DNA from: Ilumatobacteraceae bacterium
Lineage (GTDB): Bacteria; Actinomycetota; Acidimicrobiia; Acidimicrobiales; Ilumatobacteraceae
Assembly (NCBI GenBank): GCA_031428795.1
Contig: JANOYI010000002.1
Coordinates: forward strand, 1-45,553
Length of the DNA: 45,553 nucleotides
Reading direction: 5' to 3'
The translations under genes and the position numbers were made by a program. The notes beneath the pieces are model-generated. The model searched no databases. It had not been told where the DNA came from and saw nothing but the letters and a program-made list of their open reading frames with translations. Shown piece after piece: positions 1 through 7,945 of the stretch. Numbering within the stretch: the stretch's first letter is position 1; the number at the start of each line of letters is the position of its first letter.

Positions 1-1071
1 AGCCAGCACCGGCCACTCGCTCTTCGCGTACAACGCAGCAGTGGTGGCGCGGTCGAGGGTGGCTTGGTTTCCCTCCCGCCCGTCGGTGGCGATCAGCGGG
101 GTCACATCCAGTTGTAGACGAAGGGCGTCCCATCGTGCGCCGACGTCGGGCGCATTGAATGCACAGGTGGTCTCGCCCTGGCACCACGCCGCCCAGTCGT
201 TGAAGGCGCCTTCGAAACCAACCAATTGCGTGAGGTATTGCTGTTCGATGGTGTCGCCGTTGGGCTCGTAGGCGCTGTCGAGCACCATCGCTCGCACGCG
301 GTCTGGGAAGAGCGTCGCGTACACGCCTCCCAAGTACGTGCCGTACGAAATACCGAGGAAGCTCATCTTCTCATCGCCCAGGCCGGCGCGAATCGAGTCC
401 ATATCGCGAGCGGTGTTGGCGGTGGAATAGAACTTCAGCGTGTCGCCGTAGTTGGCCTTGCAGCCGTCGATGAAACCCTGATCGGCCTCGTCCAGGAGCG
501 CCTGTTCCTCGGGCGTATCGGGGGTGTCATCGAGGTAGAGATGGGCGTCCTGGAATGCATCGTCGACGCATTTGATGCCGCCACTGCGGTCGACGCCACG
601 TGGGTCGAAGCCGACGATGTCGAACTGGGTCAGACCCAGTTCCAGCTGGATCACGCTGCCACTGACGGCGATCGGGTCGAAGCCCGAGCCGCCGGGGCCG
701 CCCGGATTGAACAGGACTGCGCCTTGACGGTCGTCAGTGGCGGGCACCCGCACCAGAGCGAGATCGAGGGTGTCGCCGTCGGGTGCGTCGTAGTCCAGCG
801 GGACGGTCAATGTGGCGCATTGCAGTTCTGGGTCCTCGGCGAGTTCGTCGGTACACACACCCCACTCGATCGTGCCCGTCGACAAGGGTTCAGTGGTGGG
901 CACGTCGGTGGTGTCCGGGGACGGGTTGTCGGTGGCAGTCGTATCCACGGCAGCGTTGGCCGTGACCGTGGTGCGGTCCTTCACGGCCACGCCACTCTCG
1001 CTGCTGCAGCCGGCGGCGAGAACCGCCACGGCCGCGATGATGGTGACCAGTGCCCGGCGCCTCGCTCGCAT
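1..1071 (-). CDS. secreted alpha/beta-hydrolase lipoprotein, tripeptidyl-aminopeptidase-like (C-terminus runs off the window)
   Basis: Absent from the ORF track because it has no stop codon in the window. My minus-strand translation from the ATG at 1071 gives MRARRRALVTIIAAVAVLAAGCSS (signal peptide plus lipobox), then FNPGGPGGSG and a GISYGT nucleophile elbow. The frame stays open to position 1. The listed + ORF 226..1134 is its antisense shadow. Confidence 0.8.
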   Translation of the reverse strand, partial: MRARRRALVTIIAAVAVLAAGCSSESGVAVKDRTTVTANAAVDTTATDNPSPDTTDVPTTEPLSTGTIEWGVCTDELAEDPELQCATLTVPLDYDAPDGDTLDLALVRVPATDDRQGAVLFNPGGPGGSGFDPIAVSGSVIQLELGLTQFDIVGFDPRGVDRSGGIKCVDDAFQDAHLYLDDTPDTPEEQALLDEADQGFIDGCKANYGDTLKFYSTANTARDMDSIRAGLGDEKMSFLGISYGTYLGGVYATLFPDRVRAMVLDSAYEPNGDTIEQQYLTQLVGFEGAFNDWAAWCQGETTCAFNAPDVGARWDALRLQLDVTPLIATDGREGNQATLDRATTAALYAKSEWPVLA

Positions 1072-1167
1072 GTTCGCCACGGTAGTAGTTGCCAGCGCGT
1101 CGACGACGTCGCGATTGGTCCGCTTGCGGCGTGATTGGTCAACCGATGACGCTCCATTAGTCAGGTT

Positions 1168-1956
1168 GTGACTATCGTGCGAGGAATGCGTCCCTCGTCT
1201 CGACTTCTTGCGGTGGTCGCAATGCTTGCGGTCGGGGTCGCTGCCTGCGGTTCCGACAGCTCCGACGTGCCCGCGACTGGTGTGGGCGACGTGACCGTGT
1301 TCGCTGCCGCTTCCCTGACTGCAGCGTTCACTGAAATCGGTGAAGCGTTCACGCTGGAGCACCCGGGCGCAGACGTAACGTTCAATTTCGCCGCCTCATC
1401 CGAGCTGGTCGCCCAGATCGGGCAGGGAGCACCGGCCGATGTGTTCGCGTCGGCTGACAAGAGCAACATGACCAAGCTGACCGACGCCGGCAACAACGCA
1501 ACCGAGCCGGAAACATTCGCCACCAATTTGCTGGAGATCATCGTGGGCCCGGGCAATCCGCAGGGCGTCGCCGGTGTCGCCGATCTAGCGAATGAGAATC
1601 TGATCGTGGTCACCTGTGCTCCCGAAGTTCCCTGCGGCAAGTACGCGGCGCAGGTCTTCGAGTCGGCGGGGGTGACGGTGGCGTTCAAGTCGCTGGAGGA
1701 AAATGTGAAGGCCGTCGTCAGCAAGGTGATCTTGGGCGAGGCCGACGCCGGCATCGTCTACAAGACCGACGTGGATGCTGCGGGTGACAAGGCTGCGGGC
1801 GTCGAAATCCCGACCGACATCAATGTGCTTGCCGAGTACCCGATCGCTGTGACTAAGGATGCCCCGAACGCCGAGGGCGCACAGGCATTCATCGATTTCG
1901 TTCAGAGCGAGCAGGGCCGAGGGATTCTGGCCTCGTACGGCTTTCTGGCACCATGA
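1168..1956 (+). CDS. modA: molybdate ABC transporter substrate-binding lipoprotein
   Basis: Has a lipoprotein signal (LAVGVAACGS) and the ModA-type motifs VTVFAAASLTAAF and ADVFASAD. It is followed by translationally coupled modB and modC. The start is uncertain: GTG 1168, GTG 1177 or ATG 1186. Confidence 0.85.
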   Translation: MTIVRGMRPSSRLLAVVAMLAVGVAACGSDSSDVPATGVGDVTVFAAASLTAAFTEIGEAFTLEHPGADVTFNFAASSELVAQIGQGAPADVFASADKSNMTKLTDAGNNATEPETFATNLLEIIVGPGNPQGVAGVADLANENLIVVTCAPEVPCGKYAAQVFESAGVTVAFKSLEENVKAVVSKVILGEADAGIVYKTDVDAAGDKAAGVEIPTDINVLAEYPIAVTKDAPNAEGAQAFIDFVQSEQGRGILASYGFLAP

Positions 1957-2804
1957 GCCAAGGCCGTAGCCGTCGCCGTAGCCGTAGACCTAGCCGGCGC
2001 GTCAGTCTGCCCGCCCCTGTGCTGGCCCTCGCCATCGTGGCGGTGCTGTTCTTCGCGCTGCCTCTGATTGGGTTGCTCTGGCGGGCGCCCTGGTCGAGTG
2101 CGTGGGGCTATCTCACTGAGGACAGCGCCCTCACTGCCCTGCGGTTGTCGCTGATCTGTTCACTGTGGGCCACCTTGCTCTCGGTGGTGTTTGGTGTGCC
2201 GTTGGCGTGGCTGCTTGCTCGTGTCGAGTTCCCAGGTCGCGCGGTAGTGAGGGCGCTGTGCACGTTGTCGATGGTGTTGCCGCCGGTGGTCGGGGGTGTC
2301 GCCCTCTTCTTCGCGCTCGGCCGACGCGGCCTCGTTGGCCAGTACCTCGATCGCTGGTTCGACGTTCGGCTGCCGTTCACGACTGCCGGAGTCGTGGTGG
2401 CGCAGACGTTCGTGGCGATGCCGTTCTTGGTGATCACGGTGGAGGCCGCGTTGCGTCAACTCGACCGACGAGTGGAGGACGCGTCGCGCACACTTGGCGC
2501 GTCGAGTTGGTACACGTTTCGCCGGGTCACGTTGCCGGCAATCCGCCCAGCGTTGGTGGCTGGAGCTGTGCTCGCGTGGGCCCGTGCATTGGGCGAGTTC
2601 GGCGCGACGATTACCTTCGCCGGCAACTTCCCGGGCACTACTCAGACCATGCCGCTGGCGGTCTACCTCGCTCTGGAAACCAATCCGGAGCAGGCGATCG
2701 TGCTTGCACTGCTACTCATCGCCATCTCGTTCGCGGTGCTCGTTGCGCTGCGCGACCGGTGGTTCGGGCGTAGCGATCGGTCGACGACATCGGTGCTCGC
2801 ATGA
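1953..2804 (+). CDS. modB: molybdate ABC transporter permease
   Basis: Multi-pass membrane protein of the CysTW/ModB type with an EAA-like loop (EDASRTLGAS). Its ATGA overlaps the modA stop. Confidence 0.85.
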   Translation: MSQGRSRRRSRRPSRRVSLPAPVLALAIVAVLFFALPLIGLLWRAPWSSAWGYLTEDSALTALRLSLICSLWATLLSVVFGVPLAWLLARVEFPGRAVVRALCTLSMVLPPVVGGVALFFALGRRGLVGQYLDRWFDVRLPFTTAGVVVAQTFVAMPFLVITVEAALRQLDRRVEDASRTLGASSWYTFRRVTLPAIRPALVAGAVLAWARALGEFGATITFAGNFPGTTQTMPLAVYLALETNPEQAIVLALLLIAISFAVLVALRDRWFGRSDRSTTSVLA

Positions 2805-3856
2805 CGTTGTCGGCTGGGTTCACATTGCAGTTGGGCACGCTCGACCTTCAGGCCGAACTGGAGGTGAAGCCGGGGGAACTGCTCGCGCTGCTCGGGCCGA
2901 ATGGTGCCGGCAAGAGCACGCTGCTGCGCTGTCTTGGCGGTCTCGCTCCCATCGATACGGGTCGCATCGTGATCGACGAAGCGGTGGTTGACGAACCAAC
3001 CACGGACACGTTCGTCGCGCCCGAGAACAGACCCATCGGCTTCGTGTTCCAGAACTATCTGCTGTTCGACAACATGACGGTGCTGGAGAACGTCGCCTTC
3101 GGTCTGCGCGCCCGAAAGACGGCGAAGGTAGACGCTCGCCGAACCGCCCGTGAGTGGATCGAACGAGTCGGGCTTGCGGACTACGCCGACCAACGACCTC
3201 ACTCGCTCTCTGGTGGGCAGGCGCAGCGGGCGGCTCTTGCGCGGGCATTGGCAACCAACCCGCGTGTGTTGTTACTGGACGAGCCGCTTGCGGCACTGGA
3301 CGCGGGCACCCGGGGCAGTGTGCGCCGCGACCTTCGTCGGCACCTGGAGACGTTCGAGGGCATGCGGATTCTGGTGACCCACGATCCGGTTGACGCGTAT
3401 GCGTTGGCAGACCGCGTTGCGATCCTCGATGCAGGTCGGATTGTGCAGGTTGGCACGCTCGCCGAGGTGACTGCGCACCCGCGGTCCCGCTACGTGGCGG
3501 ATCTGGTGGGCGTCAACCTGGTCACCGGAGTCGTAGTCGACGGCGTTCTCACTACTCATGCGGGTGCACATGTCGTCATAGCCGACGCGCTTGCAGGTCC
3601 GTCGTTCGCCGTCATTCGCCCCCACTCGATCTCACTCGTTCGCGAACCCGTTGCGGGGTCGAGTGCGCGGAATACCTGGGTGGGCACAATCGCGGAGGTC
3701 GACCGACTTGGCGATCGAGTGCGAGTCGGCATCGAGGGCCAACTTCCGCTGACTGCCGAGATCACAGCTGCTGCCCTCGATGCACTCCAGCTGCGCCTCG
3801 GCGACGAGATTCACGCATCGGTGAAAGCCACCGACATCGAGGTGTATCCGGCATGA
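2801..3856 (+). CDS. modC: molybdate ABC transporter ATP-binding protein with C-terminal TOBE/Mop domain
   Basis: Walker A GPNGAGKST, signature LSGGQAQR and Walker B LLLDEPLAALD are all present. The C-terminal TOBE-like segment reads ARNTWVGTIAEVDRLGDRVRV. Its ATGA overlaps the modB stop. Confidence 0.85.
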   Translation: MTLSAGFTLQLGTLDLQAELEVKPGELLALLGPNGAGKSTLLRCLGGLAPIDTGRIVIDEAVVDEPTTDTFVAPENRPIGFVFQNYLLFDNMTVLENVAFGLRARKTAKVDARRTAREWIERVGLADYADQRPHSLSGGQAQRAALARALATNPRVLLLDEPLAALDAGTRGSVRRDLRRHLETFEGMRILVTHDPVDAYALADRVAILDAGRIVQVGTLAEVTAHPRSRYVADLVGVNLVTGVVVDGVLTTHAGAHVVIADALAGPSFAVIRPHSISLVREPVAGSSARNTWVGTIAEVDRLGDRVRVGIEGQLPLTAEITAAALDALQLRLGDEIHASVKATDIEVYPA

Positions 3857-3869
3857 AAGTTGTTCGACC

Positions 3870-4406
3870 GTGGTGAATGTCGCGCGAACGAACGACCAGC
3901 TGCTGCTCGGCGAGTGGGCTTGCCTTGGCATTCTCTACCCTGAGCCGACTCACGGTTTTGCGATTGCGGCGCGCTTGAAGCCGGATCGCGACGTGGGTCG
4001 CGTGTGGTCGCTGTCGCGTGCGTTGACCTACCGGTCGCTGGAGCAGTTGACTCTTCGGGCCTACGTCCAGCCAGTCGGTGAGGAACCCGGAATTGCAGGC
4101 GGAAACCGCACGATCCTTGCCGCGACGCGCACGGGGCGTGCACAGTTGCGTCAGTGGCTGGCCACCCCAGTCACGCACCTCCGTGACATCCGGAGCGAAC
4201 TGTTACTGAAGCTGGTCATCGCCGAAATTTGCGAGATCGACATCAACAAAATGCTCGATGCGCAGCACGCGCATATTGCTCAGATGGCCGAAGTGATCGC
4301 GCGCAACATCGAAGCGGCACCCGGTGATGTCGTCGCGCTATGGCGCAGCGAGTCAGTGAACGCGGCACTGCGCTTCCTCGAGCGAGTGCCGCGGGCGCAC
4401 GGCTGA
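3870..4406 (+). CDS. PadR family transcriptional regulator
   Basis: The N-terminal winged-helix pattern LLLGEWACLGILYPEPTHGFAIAARL ... WSLSRALTYRSLEQL is typical of PadR. Confidence 0.7.
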   Translation: MVNVARTNDQLLLGEWACLGILYPEPTHGFAIAARLKPDRDVGRVWSLSRALTYRSLEQLTLRAYVQPVGEEPGIAGGNRTILAATRTGRAQLRQWLATPVTHLRDIRSELLLKLVIAEICEIDINKMLDAQHAHIAQMAEVIARNIEAAPGDVVALWRSESVNAALRFLERVPRAHG

Positions 4407-4412
4407 AGATTC

Positions 4413-4958
4413 TTAGACGGCGCGACCGAGGAACTTGAGGAACTCGGTCTGCAGATCGTCGCCCTCGGCGGGCTCGATCTTCGGGCCGAAGATACCTGGC
4501 ATGCGGATCATTGCGTCCATCGGCTTAAGGCCGGAGTAGGCAGCAGCGACGGTGTCCTGGTCGAGGGCTTCGTCGCCGCCCACGGAGCGGGCCAGATCCC
4601 AGGTGTGCACCAGCATGTCGGTGGACATGAAGCGGCCGATGAACTGCCCGGCGGGCATCGGCCCGAACGGACCCGACACGTTGGTGCTGAGGTCGGCGGT
4701 GGAGAGGGCGGCGAGCATGCTGGTGCGTGCCGAGTTCCATGTGCCCACCGGGTCGCTGGCATCGACTGCGGCCGGCTCGCCACCGGAGAGGCCGGCGACC
4801 ACGCCGTTCATCCCGGTTGCGAGGTGGGTGATGACGTCGGTGGCGGTCCAGTTCTCGCACGGGGCGGGGTTGGACCAGCTGTCGGCGGGTGCAGCCTGCA
4901 CGCGGGCATCGAATGCGTTGATGAGAGTGGTGTAGCGGTCAATGATTTCTTGGCTCAT
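4413..4958 (-). CDS. DinB-like / mycothiol maleylpyruvate isomerase N-terminal domain protein (TIGR03086-like)
   Basis: The N-terminus IIDRYTTLINAFDARVQAAPADSWSNPAPCENWTATDVITHL matches the actinobacterial DinB-fold metal-binding family pattern. Confidence 0.65.
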   Translation of the reverse strand: MSQEIIDRYTTLINAFDARVQAAPADSWSNPAPCENWTATDVITHLATGMNGVVAGLSGGEPAAVDASDPVGTWNSARTSMLAALSTADLSTNVSGPFGPMPAGQFIGRFMSTDMLVHTWDLARSVGGDEALDQDTVAAAYSGLKPMDAMIRMPGIFGPKIEPAEGDDLQTEFLKFLGRAV

Positions 4959-5006
4959 GACCGCGAACGTACACCCAGTAGCGTGAGGCTCTTCAACGAC
5001 AGCCCA

Positions 5007-5090
5007 GCCCGGGTGGCGGAATTGGCAGACGCGGGGGGCTTAAACCCCCCTTCTCGAAAGGGAGTGCGGGTTCGAACCCCGCCCCGGGCA
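5007..5090 (+). tRNA. tRNA-Leu (anticodon UAA), class II with long variable arm
   Basis: Hand-folded. The acceptor stem is GCCCGGG/CCCGGGC. The anticodon stem is GGGGG/CCCCC with loop CUUAAAC, giving anticodon UAA. The variable arm is TTCTCGAAAGGGAGT and the T arm is GCGGG-TTCGAAC-CCCGC. The discriminator is A and CCA is not fully encoded. Confidence 0.9.
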
Positions 5091-5270
5091 CCGTTGTGTC
5101 AGCTGGTAAACCAGGGCGCACACCCACGCTTCATGCCGCTGCCCTCAGCGGCCGGCGCCGGTGGTGCCGAGCTCCTGCGCATTCGGGCTCGAAAGGAGGT
5201 TGCGGTGTCAACCGGGCCTCGCCCTCGTTCGTGTGCACGGTATGAACGCAACGGGCAACAATTCGGACCG

Positions 5271-5436
5271 TCCGAACTCACCGCTCGTTTGCGCGCATAC
5301 TTCGCGGATGCCTATCGCCGAGGTCGCTGCCGTCCTGGGTGTTTCACCCGGGTCGGTGAAGACCTCACTGTCGCGGGCAAGGAGCGCTCTCGCCCCGACG
5401 CTGTCCGGGTACATGCATGGGGAGGTGGAGTCGTGA
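5271..5436 (+). pseudogene. ECF sigma-70 factor remnant (region 4 only, 5'-truncated and frameshifted)
   Basis: The track ORF 5161..5436 ends in MPIAEVAAVLGVSPGSVKTSLSRARSAL, a sigma-70 region 4.2 HTH. The preceding region 4.1-like SELTARLRAYFAD lies in the adjacent frame, consistent with a 1-nt indel near 5305. Only about 210 nt separate it from the tRNA, so region 2 cannot be present. Confidence 0.65.
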
Positions 5437-6923
5437 GTATCGATGACGCATCCCGCGACGAACTCGAACTAGCGATCGGTCGCGAGGCGGACGTGTTCCG
5501 AGATCACGTGGGCACGTTTGCCAACACGGACCTCGACTGGGAGGACTTCGAAGCGGCTCTGGCAGGAACGCGTGTGGTCAGCTCCACACCACCGACGTCG
5601 CGTCGTTGGCTCCAGGTGATTGCTGCCGGCGCGGCTGCTGCGACGATCGCAACTCTCGTCGTCGTGTTGACGATCCGTGATGGCACGCCGACAGTGGTGC
5701 CTGATGTCACCACACCGACCACAGGCCCGACGACTGCGCTGCCGGCGACGACGGCGGCGACTACCGAACCGGACCGAACTGGTCTCCTTCGCACGGGGCC
5801 GTTCGACGTTCTGACAGTGAGTGCCGTCGATGAGGTCGGCCGCGTGGGGGTTGATGTGGTCGTCCGGTCGTCCGACGGAACCGCACGATTGGTCCGATAT
5901 GTCGACAACGGCGAGCTTCCGGATGGGTGGACGCTCGGCGTAGGCGGGTCGGTTTCGTCAACTGGGTGGCTCGCTTTGTGGGCGCAGTCGTCCGACAAGT
6001 ACGGATGGGTGTTCGTCGATCTGCTCTCTGTCGATCGGCCGCCGCGCCTTGTGAGCGGCCTCACTGACGGCGGACGCTGGGGGCCTGCAGACCTGTTTGC
6101 GCTCTCCCTCAACGATGGCCGACCCGCAGTGATCGACCCGTCCACCGGTGAGGTGCGCGAGATACCCAACGCCAAGTATCCGGGCGGAAGCCCGGACGTC
6201 ATCTGGAGCGCTGACGGTGATGGCCTCCTCGCCAGCGAGGGCGGTTCGTTTGGTGGCATCTCTGAGATCGATGGGTCTAGCGACATCCAGCCCAGGACCT
6301 GGAGGTTGACTCCTCTTGACGGGTCCGCCGACCGGCCGGGTGTGCCTGCACTGGACCCGTTCGGGACGACTCGGTTTGTCACAGAAGGGGGCAGCTGGCT
6401 GACGGTGGGCGCCTGCCCGAGCGTGCTGGACAAGTGCCTTCCCAACGGCCAACTCATGGACGGCACATTGCAGAATCAGGTCGTGGTGGCCGACGCTGAC
6501 GGCAACTCGACGACGTGGTACGACGACGACCTTCCGGGAGCGCGCCTAATGCAGTCGTCCTTCTCGTTCGACGGGAAGTCGATGTGGCTGCTGTTGGAGC
6601 GCCAAGGGGCCGGCGGGGCAGAGCTCGTCCTCGCGCATATCTCCACGCCGCGTGAGTTGGAGATCACAGCGACCCTCCCAATCGCAGAACCGCCGCCAGA
6701 TCTCGTCTCTCGTGGCGGGGGTACGTCGGTGAGGTTCTTCGCGTCGTTGTGGCTGTCGCCCGACGACGAACTCGCGGTCATCTCCACAATACGAATCGAA
6801 ACAGACACCACAGATACTGAGAACCTGCTCATCCGCACCGACGGCTCGGCGCCTCCTGTTCCGGTCATCGCAAACGTCGCCGGCTACGTTCCTACTTCCG
6901 TGGCCGAACTGCTGGAGTCGTGA
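5433..6923 (+). CDS. single-pass membrane protein with Thr/Pro-rich linker and large extracytoplasmic domain (putative anti-sigma-type partner)
   Basis: A GTG at 5433 overlaps the sigma remnant stop (GTGA). The short cytoplasmic N-terminus is followed by a TM helix (WLQVIAAGAAAATIATLVVVLTI) and the linker TTPTTGPTTALPATTAATTEP. About 380 aa of ectodomain follow, with beta-propeller-like segments (IWSADGDGLLAS, SFSFDGKSMWLL). The upstream part of track ORF 4605..6923 is antisense or tRNA read-through and is not coding. Confidence 0.6.
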   Translation: MSIDDASRDELELAIGREADVFRDHVGTFANTDLDWEDFEAALAGTRVVSSTPPTSRRWLQVIAAGAAAATIATLVVVLTIRDGTPTVVPDVTTPTTGPTTALPATTAATTEPDRTGLLRTGPFDVLTVSAVDEVGRVGVDVVVRSSDGTARLVRYVDNGELPDGWTLGVGGSVSSTGWLALWAQSSDKYGWVFVDLLSVDRPPRLVSGLTDGGRWGPADLFALSLNDGRPAVIDPSTGEVREIPNAKYPGGSPDVIWSADGDGLLASEGGSFGGISEIDGSSDIQPRTWRLTPLDGSADRPGVPALDPFGTTRFVTEGGSWLTVGACPSVLDKCLPNGQLMDGTLQNQVVVADADGNSTTWYDDDLPGARLMQSSFSFDGKSMWLLLERQGAGGAELVLAHISTPRELEITATLPIAEPPPDLVSRGGGTSVRFFASLWLSPDDELAVISTIRIETDTTDTENLLIRTDGSAPPVPVIANVAGYVPTSVAELLES

Positions 6924-7004
6924 CGACCCTCGGACAACATGAGATCGACCGCCTGCTCCTATGGCCATCTGCCGCCGTCGTTCTGCGTCCTTCGAAGTCG
7001 TGAG

Positions 7005-7385
7005 TCAGACGATTTCGATGTGTACGCGGGTGCGGACGGAGTCGGTGATCCTTCGCATGTGTGTCGGGTTTGAAGTGATGATGGCGTCGCGCCTTCGGAT
7101 CGCCCCTTCGGCGACGGTGACATCGACGATGTCGTCGTGGGCAGCCTTTCCGGCGAGCACGCCCACCGCTTTGGCCTGGTCCTCTTCCATGACTTCGATG
7201 ACGCACAGGGCGAGGAGCCGGGCCAGGTTCGCTTGCCGGCTTCCCCCGCGCCATGCCTCGGCGACCACTGGCGCTGGGACGGTCGGGGCGATCTCCTCGG
7301 CCAGGAACCCGGCGTGCAGCGCCCACATCGCGCGGTCGTTACGGTCGGCGGCGATCAGCGCTCCGGTGTCGTACGTGACGCCCAT
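7005..7385 (-). CDS. vapC: type II toxin, PIN-domain ribonuclease
   Basis: 126 aa with the PIN-like pattern MGVTYDTGALIA ... DDIVDVTVAEGA ... ITSNPTHM. Its start overlaps the stop of the upstream RHH antitoxin by 1 nt (TGATG). Confidence 0.75.
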   Translation of the reverse strand: MGVTYDTGALIAADRNDRAMWALHAGFLAEEIAPTVPAPVVAEAWRGGSRQANLARLLALCVIEVMEEDQAKAVGVLAGKAAHDDIVDVTVAEGAIRRRDAIITSNPTHMRRITDSVRTRVHIEIV

Positions 7386-7648
7386 CAGGAGGCTTTGCGC
7401 CTCGAAGCCGGACGGCCGAGAATCGCCCTCGCGCGGGCGAGTCCATCAGCCAGCTCCTCGGTGGTGAGGGTGCCGTGCTGGCGCTCCCATTCGGCGATGC
7501 CGCGCCGACCGGCGTCGAGTCGCAAACGGTGTGCCGCGGTGCTGGCGATCCACGCGCTGACTGTGGTGCCCTCAGCTGCCGCAGCGCGGTCGATCTCGGC
7601 AGCGAGGTCCGATGGAAGTGAGATCGATCGCTTCTGTCGTTGGGCCAT
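7385..7648 (-). CDS. vapB: type II antitoxin, ribbon-helix-helix
   Basis: 87 aa starting at the ATG at 7648. MAQRQKRSISLPSDLAAEIDRAAAAEGTTVSAWI is a CopG/RHH N-terminus. The longer track ORF 7385..7939 reads through the tRNA fragment and is not credible upstream of 7648. Confidence 0.75.
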   Translation of the reverse strand: MAQRQKRSISLPSDLAAEIDRAAAAEGTTVSAWIASTAAHRLRLDAGRRGIAEWERQHGTLTTEELADGLARARAILGRPASRRKAS

Positions 7649-7656
7649 GACGAGAT

Positions 7657-7679
7657 GGTAGGACAGCAGGTAGGACAGC
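7657..7679 (-). promoter_or_regulatory. tandem direct repeat, candidate VapB operator
   Basis: GGTAGGACAGC occurs at 7657-7667 and again at 7669-7679, separated by 1 nt. The repeat starts 9 nt upstream of the vapB start codon. Confidence 0.4.
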
Positions 7680-7828
7680 GCAAACGCGAAATCCTGCACG
7701 GTTCCTGCACAAGACCTGACCGTACCTGTGGGACCCGGGCGGATCAGACGGACACGGACCGCCTGGACGAAGCCCTCGCCGAGGTCGCTCGGATCACCGG
7801 CCGAGATCACGTCACCCCCGCTCAGCAG

Positions 7829-7883
7829 CGGTGCCCGGGGCGGGTTTCGAACCCGCACTCCCGTTCGAAAAGGGGGGGTTAAG
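7829..7883 (-). pseudogene. tRNA-Leu 3'-half remnant (anticodon loop to 3' end), att-like
   Basis: The reverse complement aligns by hand without gaps to 5039-5093 of the intact tRNA-Leu, with 51 of 55 positions identical. Similarity stops in the anticodon loop. The sequence 5' of it has no GGGGG anticodon-stem partner and no acceptor 5' strand, so it cannot fold as a tRNA. Confidence 0.75.
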
Positions 7884-7945
7884 ACTTCACTTCCACGTCC
7901 GGGACGGGCGGATAATGGTGGTGGACGTGAGCAGGTCAAACGGAC

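Noticed and set aside
226-1134. 302-aa + strand ORF at the left edge
   Set aside because: The sequence is Gly/Val/Ala/His-rich with no recognisable motifs. It lies exactly antisense to a convincing alpha/beta-hydrolase lipoprotein gene on the minus strand.
4605-5432. N-terminal 276 codons of the 772-aa track ORF 4605..6923
   Set aside because: This part runs antisense through the DinB-like gene and straight across the tRNA-Leu, giving RVRTPPRAP-type translation. Only the part from GTG 5433 onward looks like a real gene.
5504-6466. 320-aa minus-strand ORF
   Set aside because: It is a Pro/Ser/Arg-rich low-complexity antisense shadow of the 5433..6923 gene.
7829-7915. Possible complete second tRNA on the minus strand
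   Set aside because: Only the 3' 55 nt align to tRNA-Leu. The upstream sequence (TCCCGGACGTGGAAGTGAAGT) offers no anticodon-stem 5' strand and no acceptor strand complementary to CCCGGGC. I therefore called it a fragment, not a gene.
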